A DNA stretch of 64,000 nucleotides, taken from a virus. Below are positions 29,032-38,160 of the stretch, in pieces. The notes beneath the pieces are model-generated. The model was not told the origin of the DNA. It did no database searches and worked only from the letters and a program-made list of their open reading frames with translations. The stretch is from positions 35,223-99,222 of IMG/VR virus record IMGVR_UViG_3300024319_000005. One strand, 5' to 3'. Position 1 is the first letter of the stretch, and every line of letters starts with the position of its first letter. The position numbers and the translations under genes were made by a program.

Positions 29032-29873
29032 AGATAGTACCTTGGGTTAACAAAACGATAACACCTAAACCAAACGGTAGGAGCAGTGATTTTATTTCTG
29101 CTTCCTACATTTGGGGATGTAACGGTGGTTGTAAAAACTATTGTTATGTCTATCGTAATCAGAAGCAAACAGTAAATGTTGCTACCAATTTAGATCAAAT
29201 TGAAGCGGCTGTTACCAAACTAGCAAATAAATTGCCTTTGCACAAGCCACCTAATCAAATATCACAGAATGGTTTGTATTATCTTGATATTGGGTGTAAT
29301 TCTGATGTAGCACTATACAGTAAAAGAATTGAATTAGAAAGAATACTTAAATTTTATGACAATAATTTAAAACTTAACACTACTTTTGCTACTAAATACT
29401 CTAAATTACTGACACTAGATGTAAATCATTTTAATAAAAAACCTAGAGTTCGTGTATCATTGATGCCTGAACGACTAGCTACTGTATTAGAAAGTGGTTG
29501 TACATCAGTACCTGAACGTATTACTGACATAAAAAGATTACAAAGTCTTGGTTGGGAAGTACAGATTAATTTTAGTCCAGTTGTATTATATAATAACTGG
29601 CAAAGAGACTACAATGAGTTGTTTAAGATTATAGCTAATCAAGATATAGATGTACCTTGTGAAGTTATTATGTTAACAGGATCTGTAGCACCAAATATTC
29701 CTGAGTTTGAGCATAATTACTTGTTAAGTAATGAATTTCAAGAAGAAAAAATAACAAAATATGGTTCTAAAGCTAAAAGATATAACTATCATATGAAAAA
29801 AGGAGCTATAGAAAACTTTAAAACTATTTATTCAAAGTATTGGGATGTAAAAAACATCAGATACATTTTTTAA
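29028..29873 (+). CDS. Spore-photoproduct-lyase-like radical SAM protein
   Basis: GCNGGCKNYCYV, DIGCNSD, TFATKY, RVRVSLMP, INFSPVV. Confidence 0.85.
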   Translation: MKIVPWVNKTITPKPNGRSSDFISASYIWGCNGGCKNYCYVYRNQKQTVNVATNLDQIEAAVTKLANKLPLHKPPNQISQNGLYYLDIGCNSDVALYSKRIELERILKFYDNNLKLNTTFATKYSKLLTLDVNHFNKKPRVRVSLMPERLATVLESGCTSVPERITDIKRLQSLGWEVQINFSPVVLYNNWQRDYNELFKIIANQDIDVPCEVIMLTGSVAPNIPEFEHNYLLSNEFQEEKITKYGSKAKRYNYHMKKGAIENFKTIYSKYWDVKNIRYIF

Positions 29874-29918
29874 TTTAAAAAATATTAATTAATCTTAAAC
29901 TTTAAAAATTACCACATT

Positions 29919-30125
29919 ATGAAAATATCTATATTGAAAGAATTAAATCAATATGTAAACGATTTGATAAAAGATAAAGTACTAACAAAAGAAAATTTTG
30001 ATGATTGGCATTATATCGCATTTAATCATTTAGATCCATTTGGAGCGGTTCAAATATGCAATAAGTACGAAATATACGGCAAAGAAGTTATTTCTTCGAT
30101 ACAAGACAATTTTCACAAATATTAA
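29919..30125 (+). CDS. Hypothetical protein
   Basis: ORF with A-rich start context. Confidence 0.6.
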   Translation: MKISILKELNQYVNDLIKDKVLTKENFDDWHYIAFNHLDPFGAVQICNKYEIYGKEVISSIQDNFHKY

Positions 30126-30252
30126 AATATTAAAATGTCTTTACTTTAGCTATAGGCTAAACTGGGAGTCCATCATAAAGGTACAAAGAATTTTTGATAT
30201 AACCATTTGGAACGTGGCTTTGCATTTACCTTGCATCATTGTACAGTTGATG

Positions 30253-30276
30253 CAAACCACACCCCCAATCTAATTA
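30253..30276 (+). promoter_or_regulatory. Conserved 24-nt box, copy 3
   Basis: CAAACCACACCCCCAATCTAATTA. Confidence 0.55.
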
Positions 30277-30277
30277 C

Positions 30278-30310
30278 AGGTTATCTCTGACCTTAAACAG
30301 AGTCGTTTTT
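30278..30310 (+). ncRNA. H-type pseudoknot
   Basis: AGGT-TAT-CTCTG-ACCT-TAAA-CAGAG-TCGTTTTT. Confidence 0.6.
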
Positions 30311-30330
30311 AATTTAAATATTATATTATT

Positions 30331-30588
30331 ATGAATAATCGTACAAAAGAAGAGTTGTGGTCTTGTAAATCTAAAGACTCATTTAGAAAAATGGTAAGTA
30401 GATTAGAAAACAAATTTAGAAGTAGAAAAGACCTACTAGCTAGATTACATAATATTACAGATAATATCTATATGGTTAAGCAGCTTGGATATAATGTATG
30501 TGGTGTCTACTCTGAAAAAGAGTTAATCCAAAGATTACAAGGAGTAACAACTTCTTTTGATCTAAAAAGCCCTCTAACTGAGGCATAA
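30331..30588 (+). CDS. Hypothetical protein
   Basis: ORF with A/T-rich start context. Confidence 0.6.
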   Translation: MNNRTKEELWSCKSKDSFRKMVSRLENKFRSRKDLLARLHNITDNIYMVKQLGYNVCGVYSEKELIQRLQGVTTSFDLKSPLTEA

Positions 30589-30625
30589 TATTAAAACCTT
30601 TTATTAATAATTAAAATTTTTACAA

Positions 30626-31042
30626 ATGTATTTAGAAATCGTAAACAAGGGAGAAATTAAAACTTCCGAAAAAATTAACAAAAATTACAGAACTGTCTCA
30701 GTAAGAGAAAATCAAATGTCTCAATTTACTAAGCCTGACGGAACACAAGGTATTGCTAAAGGAGTAGCAAAAACAGGTACAATAGTAGTTTGGGAAAATA
30801 GATGGGATGATGGATTCAATGACTTAGGTTATGATGAAACTGTTGGTTCTTATCTAATGGGTAGTGTAGTAAGACGTAAAGTATTACCTTATGCACTTCC
30901 TGATGGACAAGTAGTAAACTCATATAAGACTGTTGTTTTAGGTGATACTACTGACCCTTCTTTTGAGCTTAATATTGAACGTGCATTTAAACGTGCAAAT
31001 CATGAAATTATGGAAGAAACTGCTATGCCAGTAATGTCATAA
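30626..31042 (+). CDS. Putative OB-fold / ssDNA-binding protein
   Basis: Beta-strand pattern, own terminator, upstream of polA. Function inferred. Confidence 0.4.
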   Translation: MYLEIVNKGEIKTSEKINKNYRTVSVRENQMSQFTKPDGTQGIAKGVAKTGTIVVWENRWDDGFNDLGYDETVGSYLMGSVVRRKVLPYALPDGQVVNSYKTVVLGDTTDPSFELNIERAFKRANHEIMEETAMPVMS

Positions 31043-31062
31043 AATGTTTATAATGTAATTTA

Positions 31063-31104
31063 AATAGTTCTGCTGTATTAATTTATAGCAGAGCTATTAT
31101 TTTT
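31063..31104 (+). terminator. Intrinsic terminator
   Basis: AATAGTTCTGCTGTA / TATAGCAGAGCTATT stem plus T run. Confidence 0.75.
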
Positions 31105-31121
31105 AACATAAAAACATTCTA

Positions 31122-33344
31122 ATGAAATTTATAGGTAAATACATAGTAGAGGGTATAAAAAATACTACAATATCTGAATGTTTAGCTTATTGTAAATCTA
31201 AAACTATACTAGGTATAGATATTGAGACAACACCAAAATATAAACAAGGTACGTTTGATGAAACAATATACCGTGGTGGTTTAGATCCTTATCTTACTGA
31301 GATAGTTATGTTGCAGATAGGTGACTTAGATATGCAATACATCATAGATGTCAGAGATTTTAGTAAAGAAGAGTTACAACCATTAATAGATTTTATACAT
31401 TGGAATGAAGATGTTACATTTATAGGTCAGAATTTAAAGTTTGAAGGTAAGCACCTAAGACACAATTATGACATTAGGCTTAAACGAGTTTATGATACAA
31501 TGTTAGCAGAAATTAGTTTGTATAACGGTCTTAACATTGGTTTATCAATGGAAGCTATGTCTAAAAAATATCTAAATTATAAATCTTCTAACTCTTTTGA
31601 TTTGTTTAATCAAATAAAAGTTAAAAGTATATCTAGTATTAATGAGCATAGTGACTATAGTATTACTCCTTTTGAGTTAGAAGAGTTAAATATTATAGAC
31701 AAATCTATAAGATTAGGTTTTTTAAAAATAGAAGACAATCCATTTACATATGAACAATGCAAATATGGTGCTGAAGATATTGTAATACCTTTTCAAATTA
31801 GAGAAGAACAATTAAAAGGTCATGATTTGTTAGGTTTTCATTTTTGTAATGAATCTAACATAAACTTTGAGTCTACATATACGCAAGTAGTAGCTGATAT
31901 GGAGTTAAATGGTATGCCTTTTAATGTAGAAAAATGGAAAGAGTTACATGCGAAGAATAAAAAAATTTATTATAATAGATTAGACATACTAAATAAATAT
32001 GTTGTTTCTAATTATCCTAAGTTTGGACAAACATCATTGTTTAATCCATTAGGTGATTGTATAATAGATTGGAGTAGTCCTTCTCAAGTAATAGCATTCT
32101 TTAGAAGTTTAGGTATCTGCGATAAAGAGAAATCTAAACAAACTAAACGTATGGAGTGGTCTGTAGGAGCTAAAGCAGTTCTTGCTACTTCACCGTTTAA
32201 AAAGAATTATCTTACTGATACTGACATTGAAATTGAGTGTTTAAATAGCTTAAAAATGGCTTATTTGTTAGTCAGAAAGTCTCAAATGAATATTACTACA
32301 TATGGTTTAGATTTTCTAAAGTATGTACATCCTATTACTGGTAGATTGCATCCTAATTATAGGCAACATCTTATTAGTTCTCGTACAGCAACTACTAAAC
32401 CAAATCTTTTAGCAATACCTGGGTCTCATAGAGATGCATTTCATGCTGGAGATAAATGTTTAGTAGTTAATGACTATAGTTCTCAAGAATCTGTAGTTAT
32501 TGCAGCATTGTCGCAGGATGAGTCTTTATTAGATTTCTTTAACAATGGTCACGAGTTATTTGGATCTGATTTTCACAGTTATACTGCTCAATTAGTAGGT
32601 GAAGTTAGTGATCCTGACTTTAAAATTTATCCTGATAGTCATGATAAGTATGAAAAGTGGATGAAAGGTGTAAGACAAAATACAAAAAGTATTAATTTTG
32701 GTCTTGCCTATGGTATTACAGCTATTAGTTTATCTAAACAGCTCGGTATATCAAAAGAAGAAGCAGAAGAATTAGTAAAAGATTACTTTTCTGCTTTTCC
32801 TAAGCTAGAAAGCTTTATTAAAAATTCTATGGACAACGCTTTAAATGATGGTTACGTTATATTTGAACCTAATTTAAAAGCTATATATATACAAGATGGT
32901 TATAAAGACATAAAAGAGAAAGAAGAATACTGTAGGTCATTTTTCTTTAACGATATGTACAAAGCTTTATTACCTTCACAGAGAGAACTGTATAAAACAA
33001 AACTGTACAAAGATAAACCACATATTAAAGAATATTATACTGATATTGGTTTGTTTAAATCTAAATTAGGTAACAGAGGTTGTAATTTAAAAATACAAGG
33101 TACCTCTGCCAAACAATCAAAGTTAGCTCAGATCAGATGTAGAATTCATTCTATAGAACATCCAGAGCTTGACTGGGATATCTTATTGTTATTACACGAT
33201 GAAATAGCTAGTGAGACTACTTGGGATAATGCAGATACAGTTAAAGACTTACAAAATACTTATATGGTGCAAGCAGCTAATTTCTTTTGTCCTGATCTAT
33301 CATTTAGAACATCAGGAGAAACATCTTACGTTTGGGAGCATTAG
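31122..33344 (+). CDS. polA: DNA polymerase family A with 3'-5' exonuclease
   Basis: Exo motifs DIET, QNLKFE, YGAED; motif A DYSSQE, motif B KSINFGLAYG, motif C LHDE. Confidence 0.95.
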   Translation: MKFIGKYIVEGIKNTTISECLAYCKSKTILGIDIETTPKYKQGTFDETIYRGGLDPYLTEIVMLQIGDLDMQYIIDVRDFSKEELQPLIDFIHWNEDVTFIGQNLKFEGKHLRHNYDIRLKRVYDTMLAEISLYNGLNIGLSMEAMSKKYLNYKSSNSFDLFNQIKVKSISSINEHSDYSITPFELEELNIIDKSIRLGFLKIEDNPFTYEQCKYGAEDIVIPFQIREEQLKGHDLLGFHFCNESNINFESTYTQVVADMELNGMPFNVEKWKELHAKNKKIYYNRLDILNKYVVSNYPKFGQTSLFNPLGDCIIDWSSPSQVIAFFRSLGICDKEKSKQTKRMEWSVGAKAVLATSPFKKNYLTDTDIEIECLNSLKMAYLLVRKSQMNITTYGLDFLKYVHPITGRLHPNYRQHLISSRTATTKPNLLAIPGSHRDAFHAGDKCLVVNDYSSQESVVIAALSQDESLLDFFNNGHELFGSDFHSYTAQLVGEVSDPDFKIYPDSHDKYEKWMKGVRQNTKSINFGLAYGITAISLSKQLGISKEEAEELVKDYFSAFPKLESFIKNSMDNALNDGYVIFEPNLKAIYIQDGYKDIKEKEEYCRSFFFNDMYKALLPSQRELYKTKLYKDKPHIKEYYTDIGLFKSKLGNRGCNLKIQGTSAKQSKLAQIRCRIHSIEHPELDWDILLLLHDEIASETTWDNADTVKDLQNTYMVQAANFFCPDLSFRTSGETSYVWEH

Positions 33345-33380
33345 TTTTGGAACAATTTAATTAATCATCAAAAAATAGAA

Positions 33381-34061
33381 ATGATGAGCAATAGTAATTT
33401 TAAATTTGAAAAAATAGAAAATTTTGTTTGGGCAAACCAGTCCTGCAGCTATAATGTTATTTTTTCATTAGGTAATAGTACAGCGTATTCTGATATGTTT
33501 AGACATAATCTACGTGATATTCCATATTCTTATAATGGAACTTATGAAAGCAAAAATACTAAACGAGAAATAATTTTAACAACAAAAGACTCTGCTTGTT
33601 TTTCTATGTTGTTTAATAGTATTGATTCAACTGAATTTGAGGATTTTGTAACTAAAATTGAGTATAAAATATTACAAGTAAAAAGACTTTCTGATAAAGT
33701 TGTAAAAACTTATATTAAACAGATGTGTAAAGTATTTGGATATAAAGCTAGATTTAAAAAAGACTATATAGTTTTATATAATTGTAAAAATAAGTATTTA
33801 ACATTAGCTTTGTTAAGTATGTTGCGTATGGTTTATGAATACTACAGATCTAATACAAGAACAGAACAAGTAGCGTTTATAAAATCTGCTAAAAAGTGGA
33901 AAACATTTGAAGATATGTTAACGCAGTACAAAACTATACAGCCTGATGATTCTTACGGTACTGGACATGCTCCAGCATGTGAAAAAGTAGTTGTAAAATC
34001 TTTATCTGAGTTTATAAAATGTACTGAATATATAAGCAGTGTAAATGAATTATTTTATTAA
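33381..34061 (+). CDS. Hypothetical protein
   Basis: 226 aa ORF. Confidence 0.7.
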   Translation: MMSNSNFKFEKIENFVWANQSCSYNVIFSLGNSTAYSDMFRHNLRDIPYSYNGTYESKNTKREIILTTKDSACFSMLFNSIDSTEFEDFVTKIEYKILQVKRLSDKVVKTYIKQMCKVFGYKARFKKDYIVLYNCKNKYLTLALLSMLRMVYEYYRSNTRTEQVAFIKSAKKWKTFEDMLTQYKTIQPDDSYGTGHAPACEKVVVKSLSEFIKCTEYISSVNELFY

Positions 34062-34081
34062 ACTTTATTAAATAAATAAAT

Positions 34082-34723
34082 ATGAAAGTATACGTAATAG
34101 GTGGAGCTTTAAGTTACGCCAATATAGTAGATGAACCTAATATAGTTAATAATCCTGAAGATGCTGATGTAGCAATACTAACAGGTGGAGAAGATGTAAA
34201 TCCTGAACTTTACAATGAAATAGCACATTACACAACAAGCTTTAATACTAGTAGAGATGCTTATGAAATTTCTGAAGTAAATAAATGCTTAAAATTAGGA
34301 TTACCTATTATAGGTGTTTGTAGGGGTAGTCAATTAACTACAGTTATAAACGAAGGTAAATTAATACAAAATGTGGCAGGTCAACCTTATATTCATAAAG
34401 TAGTAGATGTACATTTAAATAAAGCTTATGAAGTAACTAGTACTCATCATCAAATGATGTTTCCTTTTAACTTAAATAGGACTAAGTATAAAGTTTTGGC
34501 TTTTGCTAAAAACTTAACTCATACATTTGAAGGACTACCTAAAGGCTTTAATAAGCCAGAAATAGAACCAGAGATTGTATATTATCCAGAAACTAATATG
34601 TTAGCAATTCAATCACATCCCGAGCATCTTGATGTAGGGAGTGAATTAAGAAATGTTTCTAACTATTATGTTTCAGCTTTAATTAAAAATGAGTTAAAGA
34701 ATAAATATACCATTGTTAATTAA
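34082..34723 (+). CDS. Class I glutamine amidotransferase / peptidase C26
   Basis: LTGGEDVNP, GVCRGSQ, STHHQ, QSHPE. Confidence 0.92.
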   Translation: MKVYVIGGALSYANIVDEPNIVNNPEDADVAILTGGEDVNPELYNEIAHYTTSFNTSRDAYEISEVNKCLKLGLPIIGVCRGSQLTTVINEGKLIQNVAGQPYIHKVVDVHLNKAYEVTSTHHQMMFPFNLNRTKYKVLAFAKNLTHTFEGLPKGFNKPEIEPEIVYYPETNMLAIQSHPEHLDVGSELRNVSNYYVSALIKNELKNKYTIVN

Positions 34724-35828
34724 AAATAATATTATCGCAAAGAAAAAGAATATTAGAGACACAAGACAGTCTGAAGCAGTAAAAGCTTTTAAGAGAGGAG
34801 GCATACTTTTAGCTTCTCCTAGATTTGGAAAAACTAAAGTGTGTCTCGAAACTCTTAAAGGTAAGAACATTTTAATTATTATTCCAAACAATGATTTAAA
34901 GATTGGTTGGAAAAATGAAATTGAAAAGTGGAAATTTAAAGGTACTTATAAGATTCTAAACAAATCTAGTATTAAAAAAATTACCAATGACTACGATGCA
35001 ATCCTTATAGATGAAATAGATACTTTAAGCCCTGCTAATATAAAAGGGTTAAAGAAATACAAAAAGATCTTATATGGTTGCACAGGTAGTTTAGGTGAAA
35101 AGTCACAGGAAGCATTATCTAAAGAGTTAGGTATGAACATTGTATATGAGTATTCTATAGAACAAGCAGTTACTGAAGGTGTAATTGCAGACTACAGAAT
35201 ATATGTACACCCTGTTGATTTAGATAAGACAGACAACTATGTAGAAATAGGAAAGTGGACTACCACAGAAGAAAAGTCTTATGAATACTGGACTAAAAAA
35301 CTTAAAGAAGTATCTGCTAAAATTGCAAACTCATATAACAATCCATATAACTCTTTTAATATGAGACAACTTATTCAAGATAGAATGAGGTTAGGATTAA
35401 TGAGATCACAATATATTAGTAGATATTTATCTAAATTAAAAAAAGCTAAAGAAATAGTTGATAGTTTAGATAGATGTATTATCTTTACATCTAGAACAGA
35501 TAGAGCTGATTATCTTGGTAATGGTTATCATAGTAAATCAAAAGATGTTTTAGATAAGTTTTTATCAGGAAAATTAAGTAATATAGCAGTATGCAAATAT
35601 CTTAGTAGAGGATTTACAGATCCTACATTAAAGAAAGCAGTTATACACCACTTAACAAGTTCTCAAGAAGATGCAATTCAGAAGATTCTCAGGACTATGA
35701 ATTTAGATCCTGAAGGCAATGTAGCAGAGATTCATGTGTGTACTTATAGAAATACAAAAGACACAGATTGGACTACTAATGCATTAAAACTATTTAATCA
35801 AGATAAAGTTATATGGCTTGATAAATAG
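34713..35828 (+). CDS. SF2 helicase (start uncertain)
   Basis: SPRFGKT, LIDEID, GCTGS, LSRGF, QKILR. Confidence 0.85.
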   Translation: MLIKNNIIAKKKNIRDTRQSEAVKAFKRGGILLASPRFGKTKVCLETLKGKNILIIIPNNDLKIGWKNEIEKWKFKGTYKILNKSSIKKITNDYDAILIDEIDTLSPANIKGLKKYKKILYGCTGSLGEKSQEALSKELGMNIVYEYSIEQAVTEGVIADYRIYVHPVDLDKTDNYVEIGKWTTTEEKSYEYWTKKLKEVSAKIANSYNNPYNSFNMRQLIQDRMRLGLMRSQYISRYLSKLKKAKEIVDSLDRCIIFTSRTDRADYLGNGYHSKSKDVLDKFLSGKLSNIAVCKYLSRGFTDPTLKKAVIHHLTSSQEDAIQKILRTMNLDPEGNVAEIHVCTYRNTKDTDWTTNALKLFNQDKVIWLDK

Positions 35829-35855
35829 TATTACGTAACCCTTAAAAGCAAAATT

Positions 35856-36359
35856 ATGAATTTAAACGCTGATTTAGAAATTAAGTTTTTAGAATGTGGT
35901 ATAGATATTGATGTAGGCTATAGTACTTTGCTTGGTGTACATTTCGACTTAAATGTAGAAACGTTTACATCTCAGCAGACTTTAATAAAGTTAGATCAAT
36001 GTAACCTTATTAATAAAAACTATAAGACAGGTCTATATGAAATAAATGTAGACATATTCAAAGAGCCAAATTTAGATTGGCTAGATGATTACAGAGGATT
36101 GTTTAGAGGTATCAGTCCTGGGTCGATGGGAGATCGACAAGGTGTTGCTAAAAAAATGAAAAAGTTCATGAAGACTAGCAAATATACACCAGAAGAAATA
36201 CTAGCGGCAACTAGCTGGTATATTAATAATACTGATCCTAGATATGTTATGAGAGCACATTACTTTATTGATAAGAATGGTAGTTCTACTTTAGGAGCAA
36301 CATTAGAAGAAGCCGATTTTGGCGAATTAACAGATGATCTATTTAATAATACATTATAG
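35856..36359 (+). CDS. Replication-module hypothetical protein
   Basis: Directly upstream of the DnaB-like helicase; possible initiator or loader (inference). Confidence 0.6.
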   Translation: MNLNADLEIKFLECGIDIDVGYSTLLGVHFDLNVETFTSQQTLIKLDQCNLINKNYKTGLYEINVDIFKEPNLDWLDDYRGLFRGISPGSMGDRQGVAKKMKKFMKTSKYTPEEILAATSWYINNTDPRYVMRAHYFIDKNGSSTLGATLEEADFGELTDDLFNNTL

Positions 36360-36400
36360 ACTAACTTTAGATTGGAAGGAAAATTAGACATTAATATATT

Positions 36401-37444
36401 ATGGAAAGAATTAATCAGTTACAGGAGATTCATGTAAAGAAAAAAGATGGTATAAAAAATTATATACCTTTTGCTTTTCCTAAGATGTCATCCATGATTC
36501 CAGGTATTATAAAAGGTACTCCTTATATAATATCTGCAGGTACTGGTGTCGGTAAGACCCAGTTAACAAAATACTTAGCTGTCATTAACTCTATAGAGTA
36601 CGCTATAGAAAATAATGTAGATCTAAAAATATTATACTTTGCACTTGAAGAATCAATAGAAGAGTTTACAGATTCTCTGTTAACTTATCTTATACAAAAA
36701 GATTCAGGTGTACAGTATTCAGTATTAGATTTACAAGGTATTAGTGATAACGAAGTAGATTTTAATATAGTAAGAAAAAGTCAAGCTAAACTTGAACAGT
36801 TTTTAGACTATCTTGAAATTGTAGATTTTATATACAATCCTACTGGAATATTTAAGTATGTATATAACTACGCAGAAGCTAGAGGAACCCATGTTAAAGT
36901 AAACAAAGAAGGTGAAGAATATTATGACCATTATGTGCCAAATAACCCTGATGAGCACATTATTATAATATGTGATCACGTTAGTTTACTTAATACAGAA
37001 AAAGGTAACTCACAAATGCAGACTATTTTAAAATATTCTGTAGATTACTCTAGAAAAATGTTTACTAAAAAATTCAATTACTCATCAGTTATTGTACAAC
37101 AACAAGCAAACGTAGGTGAAGATATTGCCCATGCTAAAGCAAATGCTTTAGAGCCAAGGCTAAACAATCTTGCAGATGCTAAGTCAACAAAGAATGATGC
37201 ACTAATTGTATTAGGGGTCTTTGATCCTTTTAGACACGATAGTATAGTTGTAAAAAATAATTTTAGAAACATTAACTTAAAAAAATGGGCTTTTGATCAT
37301 GGTACAGATGCTCTTAGATCTATTAACATTATGAAAAACCGTTATGGTAATTCTAATAAGGTCATACTTTTTAAGTTTAATGGTGCTACAAATAATTTTA
37401 TTGAACTTACTAACGAAGATAGAGAAAAGTACAAATTTATTTAA
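36401..37444 (+). CDS. dnaB: DnaB-like replicative helicase
   Basis: AGTGVGKT, YFALEES, IICDHV, VQQQ, IMKNRYG. Confidence 0.9.
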   Translation: MERINQLQEIHVKKKDGIKNYIPFAFPKMSSMIPGIIKGTPYIISAGTGVGKTQLTKYLAVINSIEYAIENNVDLKILYFALEESIEEFTDSLLTYLIQKDSGVQYSVLDLQGISDNEVDFNIVRKSQAKLEQFLDYLEIVDFIYNPTGIFKYVYNYAEARGTHVKVNKEGEEYYDHYVPNNPDEHIIIICDHVSLLNTEKGNSQMQTILKYSVDYSRKMFTKKFNYSSVIVQQQANVGEDIAHAKANALEPRLNNLADAKSTKNDALIVLGVFDPFRHDSIVVKNNFRNINLKKWAFDHGTDALRSINIMKNRYGNSNKVILFKFNGATNNFIELTNEDREKYKFI

Positions 37445-37459
37445 TTTAACAACAAACTT

Positions 37460-38137
37460 ATGACAAAAATCAAAAGTATTTGTGTAGACACATTAACGGC
37501 TATACAAGAACGTCAGTATGCAGCAGACAAGAAAAAGCCAGGTCACGATCAGTGGTTTGACTACGGAGTGACTATTGCTAATTTTGTAAATGAGCTAGGT
37601 AATCTTGGGTTTGAGATTGTCTTAGTACTAGGAGAACCTGGTACAGGAAAAAGCTCAGGTATGAGAACATTAGATCCAGGTACTAATATCTGGTATAATG
37701 CTGACAAGAAAAATCCTACTTGGATTGGTGGTAGAGAAGAGTATGGTAAGAAATTTAAACCTACTCCAAGACTACATCAACTTCCAAACACTTATGCTGA
37801 CATTATTAACCATCTTAAAGCTGGTATAGAAGCTGATATGTTTGATGATGAGAAAGTAGCATTTGTTAGTGGTCATACAGAAACTTACAAATCTGGTTTA
37901 GAAACTAGAGTAAGACTAAAAACCCTAGGTAAATTAGCAAACAAAATGCAGATTGAAGGTAATTTAGAACATGTACTATACTCTGTAGTTAAAAAGAATG
38001 ATTCTACAGGTGATGCAGAATTTTTACTAGAAACTCAAAACAACGGTAGTAATACTGCACGTAGTTCTCAAGGTATGCTTGAAGGAGTAATACCTAACGA
38101 TTACAAACTAATTCTAGAAGCAATTAGAAATTATTAA
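37460..38137 (+). CDS. AAA_24/Sak4-like P-loop ATPase with rearranged motif order
   Basis: GEPGTGKS, SICVD, VSGHTE, KTLGK, IEG, NNGSNTARS, IPND. Confidence 0.85.
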   Translation: MTKIKSICVDTLTAIQERQYAADKKKPGHDQWFDYGVTIANFVNELGNLGFEIVLVLGEPGTGKSSGMRTLDPGTNIWYNADKKNPTWIGGREEYGKKFKPTPRLHQLPNTYADIINHLKAGIEADMFDDEKVAFVSGHTETYKSGLETRVRLKTLGKLANKMQIEGNLEHVLYSVVKKNDSTGDAEFLLETQNNGSNTARSSQGMLEGVIPNDYKLILEAIRNY

Positions 38138-38160
38138 TTAATATTTAAATTTAGAAAAAT

